From a virus, in IMG/VR virus record IMGVR_UViG_3300009709_000021, positions 1 to 64,000 of that record: 64,000 nt of DNA, one strand, 5' to 3'. Shown here piece by piece: positions 43,048 to 51,870 of the stretch (its first letter is position 1; every line of letters begins with the position of its first letter). A program made the position numbers and the translations under genes. The notes under the pieces were generated by a model. It was not told the DNA's origin, searched no databases, and saw nothing but the letters and a program-made list of their open reading frames with translations.

Positions 43048-43542
43048 ATGGAGGCCGAAATGGCTTTCTCATCAATTAGCGGCATCGACATTAATGAAGT
43101 TATATCCCCAGCGGGGGAGAATAGGCACATTGGCATTCCTTGGCCTACTAACGGAGGATTTAATAATGCTTACGAAGGACTTAGCCGCACCATAAATTCA
43201 AATGGAGTTGGTGCTGGCGACATTTTCCGAACTAATCCCAGTCCCTCTTTAGTATATTATGATAACGCTCCTAATGATCCGTATACCTACGTCCAGAATA
43301 TCCAGACCTTTAAGCAGAACGAGATTCAAATGGGCTCGTATTCTGTCAGTTATGTGAAAGAACTCGAAGCTGGTAAAGAAGAGGCTGAGATAAAGTATAT
43401 GCTTCTTCATTCCAAAGTAATAGACTTATTGAAAGCAATTTCAAGAATGAAAACAATGCCAGAAGATTTTTTCGGCAGTCCGGCATCAGTAGTTATTTAT
43501 ATGGATTTACTTGTTAGTAGCGCAATTGGAGGTATCAAATGA
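43048..43542 (+). CDS. Hypothetical protein
   Basis: Follows TTGACG-17-TAAAAT (43002-43030). Confidence 0.55.
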   Translation: MEAEMAFSSISGIDINEVISPAGENRHIGIPWPTNGGFNNAYEGLSRTINSNGVGAGDIFRTNPSPSLVYYDNAPNDPYTYVQNIQTFKQNEIQMGSYSVSYVKELEAGKEEAEIKYMLLHSKVIDLLKAISRMKTMPEDFFGSPASVVIYMDLLVSSAIGGIK

Positions 43543-44405
43543 CAGTTGAAATAAAGACACTTACGCATTATTTGACGGAAATGATCCATGTACAGGATGA
43601 TTTAGGTCTTCGTCAAAACACGCATTGGCGTGAAAAAGATTGGGACTTCCGGCTTGCGGCAATCGAAGAAGTCATTGAAACAATAGAGCATCTGAAATGG
43701 AAATGGTGGAAAAACTCAGATAATATTACTGAGAAAGACATTGATTGGGAAGCTGTTCATTATGAAGCAGCAGACGTGTTTAACTTTTTGACAACATATT
43801 TGCTAAAAGAATGTAGCTACCACTCGGTGGTTCGGACCTTTGTTAAGAGCTATGAACGATCGTTAAGTGGGGATTTCCAATCTCCTTCGATTAAGAATGC
43901 ATTGTCGTTTTCCAAAGATTTGATTGGTAGTCTGATCGGAAATCGGTTTGCGGAAGATGAATCTTATGCGACATACCAGGGGGAAGAATTGGCCCTCATG
44001 TATTTCAGATTTCTACATGCAGTTGGCCTTGATCCCGTTCGTCTTCGTGCTATTTATTTGGCAAAAGCAGAACTCAACATTTTCCGTTGGGAAAATGGAA
44101 TGAAGGAAGGCACTTACATCAATGTTTGGAACGGTGTTAAAGACGATGTGTTCCTCAAGAAGATTGTCAATATGACAAATGAACAGGATCCTAATTATCG
44201 TCAGCTCATTGCCCAAAGCATTGCTAATATCTATACCCAAGTAAAAGGTGAAGATATGACAATCCTTCATAAAGCCGCAAGTTCAGGTTTAAACCCTCAA
44301 GCTCGTGCTCAACAAATGCAGGTCTTACAAAAAACTCCTACGAAAGCTCCACGGCCTTCGCATGAAACGGAGAAAGGTTCTACTCCACCTCCGGATGCTG
44401 CGTAA
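43539..44405 (+). CDS. Dimeric (all-alpha) dUTPase/dUDPase
   Basis: E..E...H..WKWWK, E.AD..F, Y.AK..LN.FR..NG.K.GTY..VWNG..D. Confidence 0.85.
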   Translation: MTVEIKTLTHYLTEMIHVQDDLGLRQNTHWREKDWDFRLAAIEEVIETIEHLKWKWWKNSDNITEKDIDWEAVHYEAADVFNFLTTYLLKECSYHSVVRTFVKSYERSLSGDFQSPSIKNALSFSKDLIGSLIGNRFAEDESYATYQGEELALMYFRFLHAVGLDPVRLRAIYLAKAELNIFRWENGMKEGTYINVWNGVKDDVFLKKIVNMTNEQDPNYRQLIAQSIANIYTQVKGEDMTILHKAASSGLNPQARAQQMQVLQKTPTKAPRPSHETEKGSTPPPDAA

Positions 44406-44508
44406 GTAATGATAAGCCCAATTAAAACCTGGGCTTATTTTTTAGATTTGGTATAAGAATAATGTAGGAGAGAGCTGTATTTCAAACTACACTTACCGGA
44501 GTAACGCT

Positions 44509-44781
44509 ATGATCTCAGCTAGAGAAGCATTAGATATAACAAATGAAGCTGTAGCAAAAGAAGACCGTGAGATAGGGGTACAGGAAGCACTCCAAACTAT
44601 AGATGCTTGTATAAGATCTGCAGCAAAGCAAAGAAAGTATGGGGCTCATATAAAGATTATGGATAATATGAGTAAGACCTCCGTTAACATTGTCTTAGAA
44701 AATTTAAGGCAACGTGGGTTTCAAGCCCATGCTTATTCAAACGAATTTCTGGTAATCAGTTGGTCACCGAAAATCATTTAA
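44509..44781 (+). CDS. MISAxEA family paralog 1
   Basis: MISAREA ... LRQRGF ... ISW. Confidence 0.65.
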   Translation: MISAREALDITNEAVAKEDREIGVQEALQTIDACIRSAAKQRKYGAHIKIMDNMSKTSVNIVLENLRQRGFQAHAYSNEFLVISWSPKII

Positions 44782-44880
44782 GGGCAGAGGCCCGGAATTA
44801 TCGGGCTTCTTTTTTTAGTCTCTTCAAATTGGTATAAGAAAAGTAGTAAAGAAAACTTCTTAACCTAATTGAGGTATAAA

Positions 44881-45159
44881 ATGATTTCTGCTAGTGAAGC
44901 TGGTCGTCAGGTAAAACAAATCAAAGATGGGCTGTACAAGGATGAGTTGCTCAACCGAGTTTTAAGTAATATGGAGAAACAAATCCTAGAGGCAATTGCT
45001 CTCGGCCAAACTAAGGTTGTCTGCTTCGTCCTGTACTACTTCCGGCCGGACATTTCTAAATTAGCTATCACTCGGATGCGTGACCTCGGCTATAAAGTAA
45101 CAACCCAAGAAGGCCTAGACTCGACGTGTATCGTCGAATGGTCTTCACACGTTAGATAG
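44881..45159 (+). CDS. MISAxEA family paralog 2
   Basis: MISASEA ... DLGYKV ... VEW. Confidence 0.65.
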   Translation: MISASEAGRQVKQIKDGLYKDELLNRVLSNMEKQILEAIALGQTKVVCFVLYYFRPDISKLAITRMRDLGYKVTTQEGLDSTCIVEWSSHVR

Positions 45160-45167
45160 GAGAAGTA

Positions 45168-45443
45168 ATGATTACGGCGAAAGAGGCTCGGGAGTTACTT
45201 GATACCAGAGTCAAGGCTACTAGCCATACTACATCCGAAATTTGGTTTACCAGACTTCGGATATCGGCTGAATTGGCAATTGCCGAAGCTATTATAGACG
45301 GTTGTTGGGAAACGTACCTAACTCCGTTTGCTACCAAAGATATCGTAGACGCTGTGGTAGCAGATCTTGTGAAATGTGGTTTTGATGCCAAAGTCGAAAC
45401 TCCCAAAGGTATTTTGTGCATCTTAATTAATTGGCGAAATTAA
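45168..45443 (+). CDS. MISAxEA family paralog 3
   Basis: MITAKEA ... KCGFDA ... INW. Confidence 0.65.
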   Translation: MITAKEARELLDTRVKATSHTTSEIWFTRLRISAELAIAEAIIDGCWETYLTPFATKDIVDAVVADLVKCGFDAKVETPKGILCILINWRN

Positions 45444-45469
45444 ACCGGCTTTCCGGGATAAGGGCTACT

Positions 45470-45739
45470 ATGATTGCGGCTGAAGATGCTAAAAGAATTA
45501 CTCTTAACGCGACGGTTAAAGCAACATATGAAAGGAACATACGTGCAGCTTTTCGCTATGCAGAAGATCATATCCTAGATGCTGCTAATGATGGGCGTGG
45601 AGCTGTAGTTTTCTGCTTACCACCAAGTGTTAATAAAGATATTTTCGACGATATCATACCTCATCTCAGAGTTAAGGGATATACAGTTATTATCTACCGT
45701 GGAAAAAGTCCAAAACCGGAATACATGATTAGCTGGTAA
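45470..45739 (+). CDS. MISAxEA family paralog 4
   Basis: MIAAEDA ... VKGYTV ... ISW. Confidence 0.65.
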   Translation: MIAAEDAKRITLNATVKATYERNIRAAFRYAEDHILDAANDGRGAVVFCLPPSVNKDIFDDIIPHLRVKGYTVIIYRGKSPKPEYMISW

Positions 45740-45740
45740 A

Positions 45741-45771
45741 GAAAAGCCTGGAAACTGTCCAGGCTTTTTTT
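45741..45771. terminator. Bidirectional intrinsic terminator
   Basis: AAAAGCCTGGA/TCCAGGCTTTTTT between convergent genes. Confidence 0.8.
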
Positions 45772-45773
45772 AG

Positions 45774-46415
45774 TTATACTCCAGGCGGTAAAGTCAATGG
45801 AGATACAGAAAGATTTTGATAAACTTCTTTGTAATGTAGAGTATCGAAGACATAAGTAGCAATAGAAGGCTTTGTGACTGGATTTAAAGGCGTTGGAGGG
45901 TCTTGGAAGAGTAAGTTGGTAATAACCCCTTGGACTGATTCCTGAACGGCTCCTGTGAGTGTTTTGACCGTGTTCTCTTCGGTTGCAATAGCTCCGCTGA
46001 CTGTAGAAAGATCGGCTGTCATTTTTACAGAGCTATACGTTGTCACTGTATCAGGAGGCGTACCCGTCGTTGTTGGAATAAGGTCGTTGTAATAGTTAGA
46101 AGGCCTAGACGCTGTAGCAGTTAAAAACCCTGCAACGGAAAACACAACCAAACCATCGTATGCACTTAGACTTGGGATAGAAGTTCCGTAAAGTTGATTC
46201 ATTACGTACGCCTGATATACTGGTCCGATGAGATTGGAAATATCTGCTGAGCGGTTAGTACCAAACCATGCGTTAAGATCCGCAGCCAATTCTACGAAAA
46301 GAGGAGGCCAATTGATATCATCAACGCTGTAGGCATAGGTTTCTTGTGCTACAAGTGAAGCATACGCAGTTGGATTGTAAGTATTAATCCAAGTTGGAAT
46401 TACAGAGGTTGTCAT
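45774..46415 (-). CDS. Putative virion protein
   Basis: T/S/P-rich composition like the structural genes; coupled to PAAR. Confidence 0.6.
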   Translation of the reverse strand: MTTSVIPTWINTYNPTAYASLVAQETYAYSVDDINWPPLFVELAADLNAWFGTNRSADISNLIGPVYQAYVMNQLYGTSIPSLSAYDGLVVFSVAGFLTATASRPSNYYNDLIPTTTGTPPDTVTTYSSVKMTADLSTVSGAIATEENTVKTLTGAVQESVQGVITNLLFQDPPTPLNPVTKPSIATYVFDTLHYKEVYQNLSVSPLTLPPGV

Positions 46416-46717
46416 AGAGAAGTCACAAAAGGTGAACCAGTTGCTGCTACATAAGGACCATTGGGAGTCGAACCTATATCCCCGACCCGATGTAAACCAA
46501 GACCATTAGCAACGCTTAAACCAGAGCCAGTTTCAGCGATAGTCATATGCCCACACGTTGCTAAACCGATGCCCCCAACAGTCATAAGTAAAAGACCATC
46601 TGCATAAGCAGTGATTGCGCCTTGGATAAACGTTGTGACATACGGGGTAGGAGAGGAGTGTAGATAGCAGACTCCTATCCCTGTGTCCCCTAAACGGCAT
46701 ACTGGTTGGTTGCTCAT
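46412..46717 (-). CDS. PAAR-like baseplate spike tip protein
   Basis: VCRLGD..C..H, CGH, HRVGD, ATGSP. Confidence 0.8.
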   Translation of the reverse strand: MSNQPVCRLGDTGIGVCYLHSSPTPYVTTFIQGAITAYADGLLLMTVGGIGLATCGHMTIAETGSGLSVANGLGLHRVGDIGSTPNGPYVAATGSPFVTSL

Positions 46718-46770
46718 TTTTGGTATAAGAAAGATAGTAGGAATTATATTTCTATCTTAGGAGAAAGTCA

Positions 46771-47046
46771 ATGATACATGCGGAACAGGCAGCATTTGTG
46801 ACGATTGAATCTCGTAAAAACAACCAGAAGAAACTAGACAAAGAACTTGACGAAGTTTTGGCAAGAGCTAATAGTAAAATTACACTTGCCGCAAACGATG
46901 GACTTACCCGAGTTCAGTTTGAATATGCTGGTAATTCCCTTTCAGTTATCGCAAAACTTCGGTTGCATCTTCAAAAAAAAGGGTATACGACTCAAGGGAC
47001 TACGATGGCTGTTTTCTGGATCGATTGGGGTTACCTTGTAAAGTAA
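46771..47046 (+). CDS. MISAxEA family paralog 5
   Basis: MIHAEQA ... AANDG ... KKGYT ... IDW. Confidence 0.65.
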   Translation: MIHAEQAAFVTIESRKNNQKKLDKELDEVLARANSKITLAANDGLTRVQFEYAGNSLSVIAKLRLHLQKKGYTTQGTTMAVFWIDWGYLVK

Positions 47047-47061
47047 CCGAAAGGAAGAACT

Positions 47062-47349
47062 ATGAACGCAAAAGAATCAGCGCAAATGACGACGGAATCA
47101 ATCGAACGTAAACCGGATTTCAATTCTGTGTTTTCTACGTACGATCAGATAAAAGTCTATGTTGATTGCGTAATTACAAAAGCATGCTCTAACGGCAAGT
47201 ATAGCGCCGATATTGACTTGCGTTGGGATAACCGGTCGCTTGTTGCGAAACTTGCGGAACAGCTTAAGGGCAATGGATACCGAGTTAGAGTTCCGTCATC
47301 CTTCCCGTCGGATCCTGTTATCAAAATAAGTTGGGCTCATCACAAATAG
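47062..47349 (+). CDS. MISAxEA family paralog 6
   Basis: MNAKESA ... GNGYRV ... ISW. Confidence 0.65.
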   Translation: MNAKESAQMTTESIERKPDFNSVFSTYDQIKVYVDCVITKACSNGKYSADIDLRWDNRSLVAKLAEQLKGNGYRVRVPSSFPSDPVIKISWAHHK

Positions 47350-47358
47350 GAGTCAATA

Positions 47359-47634
47359 ATGATTTCAGCAAAGGAAGCTGGGGAACTGACCTGGAAGAAG
47401 GCGTTAGATACGGTCACGAAAGAAGACGTTGAAATGGTCCTGTTCGGTATAGAGGCCCTGATTAAAACGTCGGCGGCTGAGAAAAAAGCATTCGTTGAGG
47501 TCGACATGAGTTCACTTCGTCCTCGGCTTCGTGATTTGGCTATCGACAAAATGATAGTTTTAGGATACAAAGTTCATGGTTGCGGTCATCACCGCTATAT
47601 TTTCAACTGGATGTCTAAAACGGGAATTTCTTAA
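47359..47634 (+). CDS. MISAxEA family paralog 7
   Basis: MISAKEA ... VLGYKV ... FNW. Confidence 0.65.
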   Translation: MISAKEAGELTWKKALDTVTKEDVEMVLFGIEALIKTSAAEKKAFVEVDMSSLRPRLRDLAIDKMIVLGYKVHGCGHHRYIFNWMSKTGIS

Positions 47635-47635
47635 T

Positions 47636-47893
47636 ATGAAAGCCAGTGAAGCAAAAGCAATGTCTTGGATCACAATTAACCGTGATTCTAAGACGGCACT
47701 ACTAATGTATTGCCTGAAAGAAATTGCAACAATGGCTCTGCAAGGAAATTGGCAGACGACTATCGATCTCGTAAACTTCGTAGGGGGCGTTGACCCCGAC
47801 ATTGGCACGATAATGAGTCAGTTGAAAAGTCGCGGTTATAGTGTCTTCAAAACAGGTGAGACGCGTCTCTACGTCTCTTGGGAGGGAGCATGA
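47636..47893 (+). CDS. MISAxEA family paralog 8
   Basis: MKASEA ... SRGYSV ... VSW. Confidence 0.65.
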   Translation: MKASEAKAMSWITINRDSKTALLMYCLKEIATMALQGNWQTTIDLVNFVGGVDPDIGTIMSQLKSRGYSVFKTGETRLYVSWEGA

Positions 47894-48378
47894 AAAAGCT
47901 TTTGATAACCAATACACAACGGCACTACACGGCTGAAGTCGTTAAGGTTAAAGGTCTCAACCTAACTGGTGTCCAGAAAGCCGGGTTCGAAGCTTGGATC
48001 AATGCTCTTCGCACCCATGGATACCAGCAAACGGCACGGAGATCCCGAATTGGCAATCGCTTTGATGTATACGGCGTAGCCCTGGATATCATGCCGGAAT
48101 TTGGGGAATGGACTCGGTCTGATAACAACCTGGTTTATTTCCGTACTCCGGAAGGCTTCTTCTATGCCCGCATGTTTCCACCCGCAGTTCGCAAAGCTCT
48201 CGGCATGGGGGATGATGTTTCTGTCATCATTAGACTTGGGCCGAACCGGATTGAAAAGTCTATCGGCACATTAAACGATGAAGGAGCGTCGTTTGAGCAA
48301 TTAGCCGACATTCTGGAATGCCATATGGGAGGGGGTTATGAAGCTCAAGTCGAGGAAAAGAATAACTCTGATTCCTGA
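47890..48378 (+). CDS. Hypothetical protein, paralog of 48338..48838
   Basis: WI.ALRT.GY.Q ... LND....F..LA.ILE....GGY. Confidence 0.65.
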   Translation: MKKLLITNTQRHYTAEVVKVKGLNLTGVQKAGFEAWINALRTHGYQQTARRSRIGNRFDVYGVALDIMPEFGEWTRSDNNLVYFRTPEGFFYARMFPPAVRKALGMGDDVSVIIRLGPNRIEKSIGTLNDEGASFEQLADILECHMGGGYEAQVEEKNNSDS

Positions 48379-48838
48379 CTACTCCGGATTATCTGACTCT
48401 AGTAAGGAACTTTGGCGTGAATGGATTTGGGCCCTTCGAACCGGAGGGTTTTCTCAGGTCTATGGTTTCTTGCAAAGTAGAGAGGGTTTCTGTGCTTTTG
48501 GAGTAGTCACAGAAATTAATAGAGAGCGCCTAGGGGGAAGCTGGAAACTTTCGGAAAGAACTTTTGGGCATACACAGTACTACCTCTTTCGACTGGACGG
48601 GCAATCCATTTTGGAAGAGGTGTCTGGGGCATTGCCACAATTGTTGGGTGAGCAACTTGGATTCTGTAAAAAAGATCGGCTTGTAGGATTTTCAGTACGA
48701 TTAGAAGGAGTTTTCCGGCCGGTCACGCTTAGCAATTTAAACGATACTTTCAGAGTCAATTTCCAGGAAATAGCGATGATTCTGGAGTTGGCACTTAACG
48801 GGGGTTATGATGTCGAAAGTAGAGGTGGTCGGTCTTGA
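48338..48838 (+). CDS. Hypothetical protein, paralog of 47890..48378
   Basis: WI.ALRTGGF.Q ... LND....F.EIA.ILE....GGY. Confidence 0.65.
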   Translation: MKLKSRKRITLIPDYSGLSDSSKELWREWIWALRTGGFSQVYGFLQSREGFCAFGVVTEINRERLGGSWKLSERTFGHTQYYLFRLDGQSILEEVSGALPQLLGEQLGFCKKDRLVGFSVRLEGVFRPVTLSNLNDTFRVNFQEIAMILELALNGGYDVESRGGRS

Positions 48839-49049
48839 ATCAACGAAAGTAAAGCTGACTCGCCGAGTCATAGATTTGATAAAACAAAAAATGGAAGAAA
48901 AGGAATTTGGAGCAACGTATATTGCTTCTATCGAAGAGATTCCTTTTCTTCAAGATATGGCAGAAGATCTTCGAGTCTACGGGTATAACGTTGCAGTTTT
49001 GCGTAATGGTTTAACAATTGGCTGGGTCCGTGTAAACATTAAATGCTAA
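48807..49049 (+). CDS. Divergent MISAxEA-like protein
   Basis: LRVYGYNV ... TIGW C-terminal motif. Confidence 0.5.
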   Translation: MMSKVEVVGLESTKVKLTRRVIDLIKQKMEEKEFGATYIASIEEIPFLQDMAEDLRVYGYNVAVLRNGLTIGWVRVNIKC

Positions 49050-49408
49050 AGGAGCAGATGATGGGAATGCCCAATACAACGTCATATAACATTGCAGTGG
49101 GTAAGATGTACGAAACGGGTATTAAAACCCTAGCTTCAGAACTTGGGGATGGGGATCTTGTTATTCATAAGACCCTTGCTCCTAATAAGGGCGAGAAAGA
49201 TTTGTACAACGTTTGTTCCGTCCGTAAAACAACTCGGTCGCTTCAACCTGTAGTCTTTCTTTCAGTGGGTCAGCATGACTATCCTGCTAACCACCCAGAG
49301 TTTCAGATTGAATTGGGAACTCTGGTGGTGCGTCTGTTCTGTCGTGTTCAGCCGGAAGTAGTTCGTGCGGCAATTGAAAAGGTTAAAGCGGCCGTCGAAA
49401 TAGAATGA
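49043..49408 (+). CDS. Hypothetical protein
   Basis: Last + strand gene before terminator. Confidence 0.55.
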   Translation: MLKEQMMGMPNTTSYNIAVGKMYETGIKTLASELGDGDLVIHKTLAPNKGEKDLYNVCSVRKTTRSLQPVVFLSVGQHDYPANHPEFQIELGTLVVRLFCRVQPEVVRAAIEKVKAAVEIE

Positions 49409-49436
49409 GAAAAGGGGCCGTTGGCCCCCTTTCTTT
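49409..49436. terminator. Bidirectional terminator at strand switch
   Basis: AAAAGGGGCC/GGCCCCCTTT. Confidence 0.75.
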
Positions 49437-49458
49437 ACACTGTCTAATTTCTTTTAGC

Positions 49459-50028
49459 TTAATAATCCAGATTTTCTACGATGTAGTCGATCCATTCTGT
49501 AGCAGTGAAATTGTATTGGGGAGGAGCGCTACCTGCAGTTGGGTTAGGAACTTCAGGAGTATTGCTATCCTGAGCTTCTGCGCCTTGATTATTAGGGCTC
49601 CCAATAGCACCAGTTGTCAGGTTAGCTAAAGTACTTGTTCCAAGCTTGGAAGCGTTAGGCTGAATAATGAAGAAACCGCGAAGGAATTCTTTTCTGGATC
49701 CCGTAGGCGAAATCAAAATAAGACTATATACGCCCTGGTTCCAGTAAGTTTGATACGTTGCGGAATAAGGAATAGTTACTTGAATAGTCCCGGCCGCCCC
49801 TCCCAATACAATGGAAGGATTTTCTCCATCAGTATTAAATGTTAAAACGATGTATGGATTATTAAGGGCGGTCGCTGTGTCTCCGTCAGATCCTGTACGA
49901 ACTTGAATTTCTGCCCTATATCCAGTTAAGTCATTTGGTAAACCGGTAAGTTCATCTTGCGAGATAAACGTTTGAGTCCAAGTACTTTCTTCGTCTATAA
50001 CAATGTGGAAGGTGCCGTATCCATCCAT
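49459..50028 (-). CDS. Virion structural protein (Ig-like)
   Basis: DLTGYRA..QVR ... G.I.V.I ... GVY.L.L ... L.G.F.I pattern. Confidence 0.6.
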   Translation of the reverse strand: MDGYGTFHIVIDEESTWTQTFISQDELTGLPNDLTGYRAEIQVRTGSDGDTATALNNPYIVLTFNTDGENPSIVLGGAAGTIQVTIPYSATYQTYWNQGVYSLILISPTGSRKEFLRGFFIIQPNASKLGTSTLANLTTGAIGSPNNQGAEAQDSNTPEVPNPTAGSAPPQYNFTATEWIDYIVENLDY

Positions 50029-50354
50029 TACTTGGAAACTCCTGCATCACTGGCTGGAAATGGAGTTTCAATAGGTGCTGTAGCGCATACATTAAGTGCT
50101 GCTACAAGCTTATCGGAATACGCTTGAAGTGCTTCATTCTCAGCAGCCAACAACTGAGTTTTTTGGAATTGTGTATCAGAGACTGAAGCTTGAGTTTGGA
50201 AAACAAGTTCTGGCCTATTCGGGGTGACGACTTTGCAGCGGACAGGAATTGGAACGTCCACTGTCTGTGTTCCTGTCACTTTAATAGGGTCTATCCCACA
50301 TCCTCCAATAGCTAGAATTAAAGGTAAAAATACAATCAGGAGATAACGGCCCAT
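50028..50354 (-). CDS. Outer-membrane spanin (o-spanin) lipoprotein
   Basis: Lipobox IGGC; V.VPIPV.C ... L.AAL..C; follows i-spanin. Confidence 0.8.
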   Translation of the reverse strand: MGRYLLIVFLPLILAIGGCGIDPIKVTGTQTVDVPIPVRCKVVTPNRPELVFQTQASVSDTQFQKTQLLAAENEALQAYSDKLVAALNVCATAPIETPFPASDAGVSK

Positions 50355-50355
50355 T

Positions 50356-50745
50356 TTATTTACCTTGGATAAGAGAGTTGAGTAAAGCATTAGCAGCGTC
50401 TGAGTCGGAGACCCCACTCGCTGGTTTCATTGAAAGAATACTTTGAGATTTTTGATCATGTCCTGCAGCAGCAGCGCTAGCAGCTTCTTGAGCAACAGCT
50501 ACTTGAGATGCAAGGGTATTTTCTTTGGTTTTAAGAGAAAGTGTTTGATTACTACACAGTTGAGCGGCCGCTGTTTTCTCATTGATAGTCATTTGAGCTG
50601 CATCAACTTGACCCGTTAAAGTACTAACTTGAGCATGTAGATGACTATTGGAAATCCAGAAATAGCCAGTAATCGTTGCAAAAGCGACGAGAACCATAGC
50701 TACCCAAAATGCCTTAGATTTCAAAAGTTCGAATGCTGCTAACAT
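50356..50745 (-). CDS. Inner-membrane spanin (i-spanin)
   Basis: N-terminal TM plus coiled coil, in lysis cassette. Confidence 0.75.
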   Translation of the reverse strand: MLAAFELLKSKAFWVAMVLVAFATITGYFWISNSHLHAQVSTLTGQVDAAQMTINEKTAAAQLCSNQTLSLKTKENTLASQVAVAQEAASAAAAGHDQKSQSILSMKPASGVSDSDAANALLNSLIQGK

Positions 50746-50753
50746 GATAATCC

Positions 50754-51179
50754 TTAAGAGGTAGTTGTTGTGGTTGTCGGAGCAGGGGCTGTTACGGCAG
50801 GAGCAACGTTATTAACTTGAACATTGACAATTTGTGCTGTTGCAGCATCAGCTTGATCTCCTGCTTGATCCCGACCACGCCATTGATTTCCATCTTGGTC
50901 GTGCCTGTGGTCTTGGCCATCTAAGCCACCTGCTTCTGAAATTGCAGGCGTAGCATTTGCAGAACCATCGAATTCCAGGAAGCGTCCAAGAATACCAACG
51001 CCAGCTAGGATGACACTTCCAATAGTTACGTAATTAGCGGGGATAGAACTCTTAAGGCCGTCCGGAATAGAATACCATGTTCCATTAACGGCTGCAGCCA
51101 ATGCAAAGCATTGCACTGAGAGGTACTTCCATCCTTGCCGCCAATCATCAATTAATTTCAGTTTAAATGTCGCGTTCAT
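50754..51179 (-). CDS. Putative holin
   Basis: KLIDDWRQGWKYLSVQ plus two TM segments, next to endolysin. Confidence 0.65.
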   Translation of the reverse strand: MNATFKLKLIDDWRQGWKYLSVQCFALAAAVNGTWYSIPDGLKSSIPANYVTIGSVILAGVGILGRFLEFDGSANATPAISEAGGLDGQDHRHDQDGNQWRGRDQAGDQADAATAQIVNVQVNNVAPAVTAPAPTTTTTTS

Positions 51180-51185
51180 AATAAT

Positions 51186-51869
51186 TTATTTTACACCGAG
51201 TGCAGTTTTAGCTTTACCCCAGTACATTTCACGGTCAGCTTCGCCATTAGTTCCACCGTTGATAACTTTGGTACAAGCAACAAATGCATCAAGTGTACCA
51301 GGTTGTGCTTTTTCTGTCAAGCCATGGCTAGACCAATACCATGCAGCAGATAATGCAGCCCATTTTGGCAAAGCTAAATCAGTTGGGTTATTGACAAAGT
51401 CGTGTCCCAAAGCTTTGGTGGCAGCTTCGTAATTAAACAGTCCAGTAATTTGAATAAATCCACGGCCTTTATATTTGACCCCAGAGCCGGGGGCAGTATT
51501 GCCTAAATCTGTTCGGCCTTGATATTCTTCTCCGGAGGCCAGTTCTGTCAACCAGATACCGCCGCCAGATTCATGCATAATCTGCCCCAGAAACATTGCT
51601 AACACAACGTTATTAGTAATGCCAAATTGAGCACAAGCGTCACTTAAGCATTGCGAGTATAATGTTAAATTTGCTGAAGTAAGTCTATCAGTAATTTGAC
51701 CGAGTTGTGTTTCATTCAACAAAGTCTTTTCTGAAGTAGAAACTTCCGGTTCAACTACTGATGAGGAAACTGGAGTAGGTTCCGCAACTTCGGGAGTAGA
51801 TGTAGTTCCAATTTGGGATTTGTTAAACAGCCCGCCTAAAAATTGGAAAAAAGTTTGTAAGAAATTCAT
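51186..51869 (-). CDS. GH19 (chitinase-like) endolysin
   Basis: FLGQ..HESGG, YKGRGFIQITG..NY, SAAWYW, INGGTNG..DR. Confidence 0.92.
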   Translation of the reverse strand: MNFLQTFFQFLGGLFNKSQIGTTSTPEVAEPTPVSSSVVEPEVSTSEKTLLNETQLGQITDRLTSANLTLYSQCLSDACAQFGITNNVVLAMFLGQIMHESGGGIWLTELASGEEYQGRTDLGNTAPGSGVKYKGRGFIQITGLFNYEAATKALGHDFVNNPTDLALPKWAALSAAWYWSSHGLTEKAQPGTLDAFVACTKVINGGTNGEADREMYWGKAKTALGVK

Positions 51870-51870
51870 A

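Noticed and set aside
50355-50417. Longer start for the o-spanin
   Set aside because: Signal peptide and lipobox fit ATG 50354
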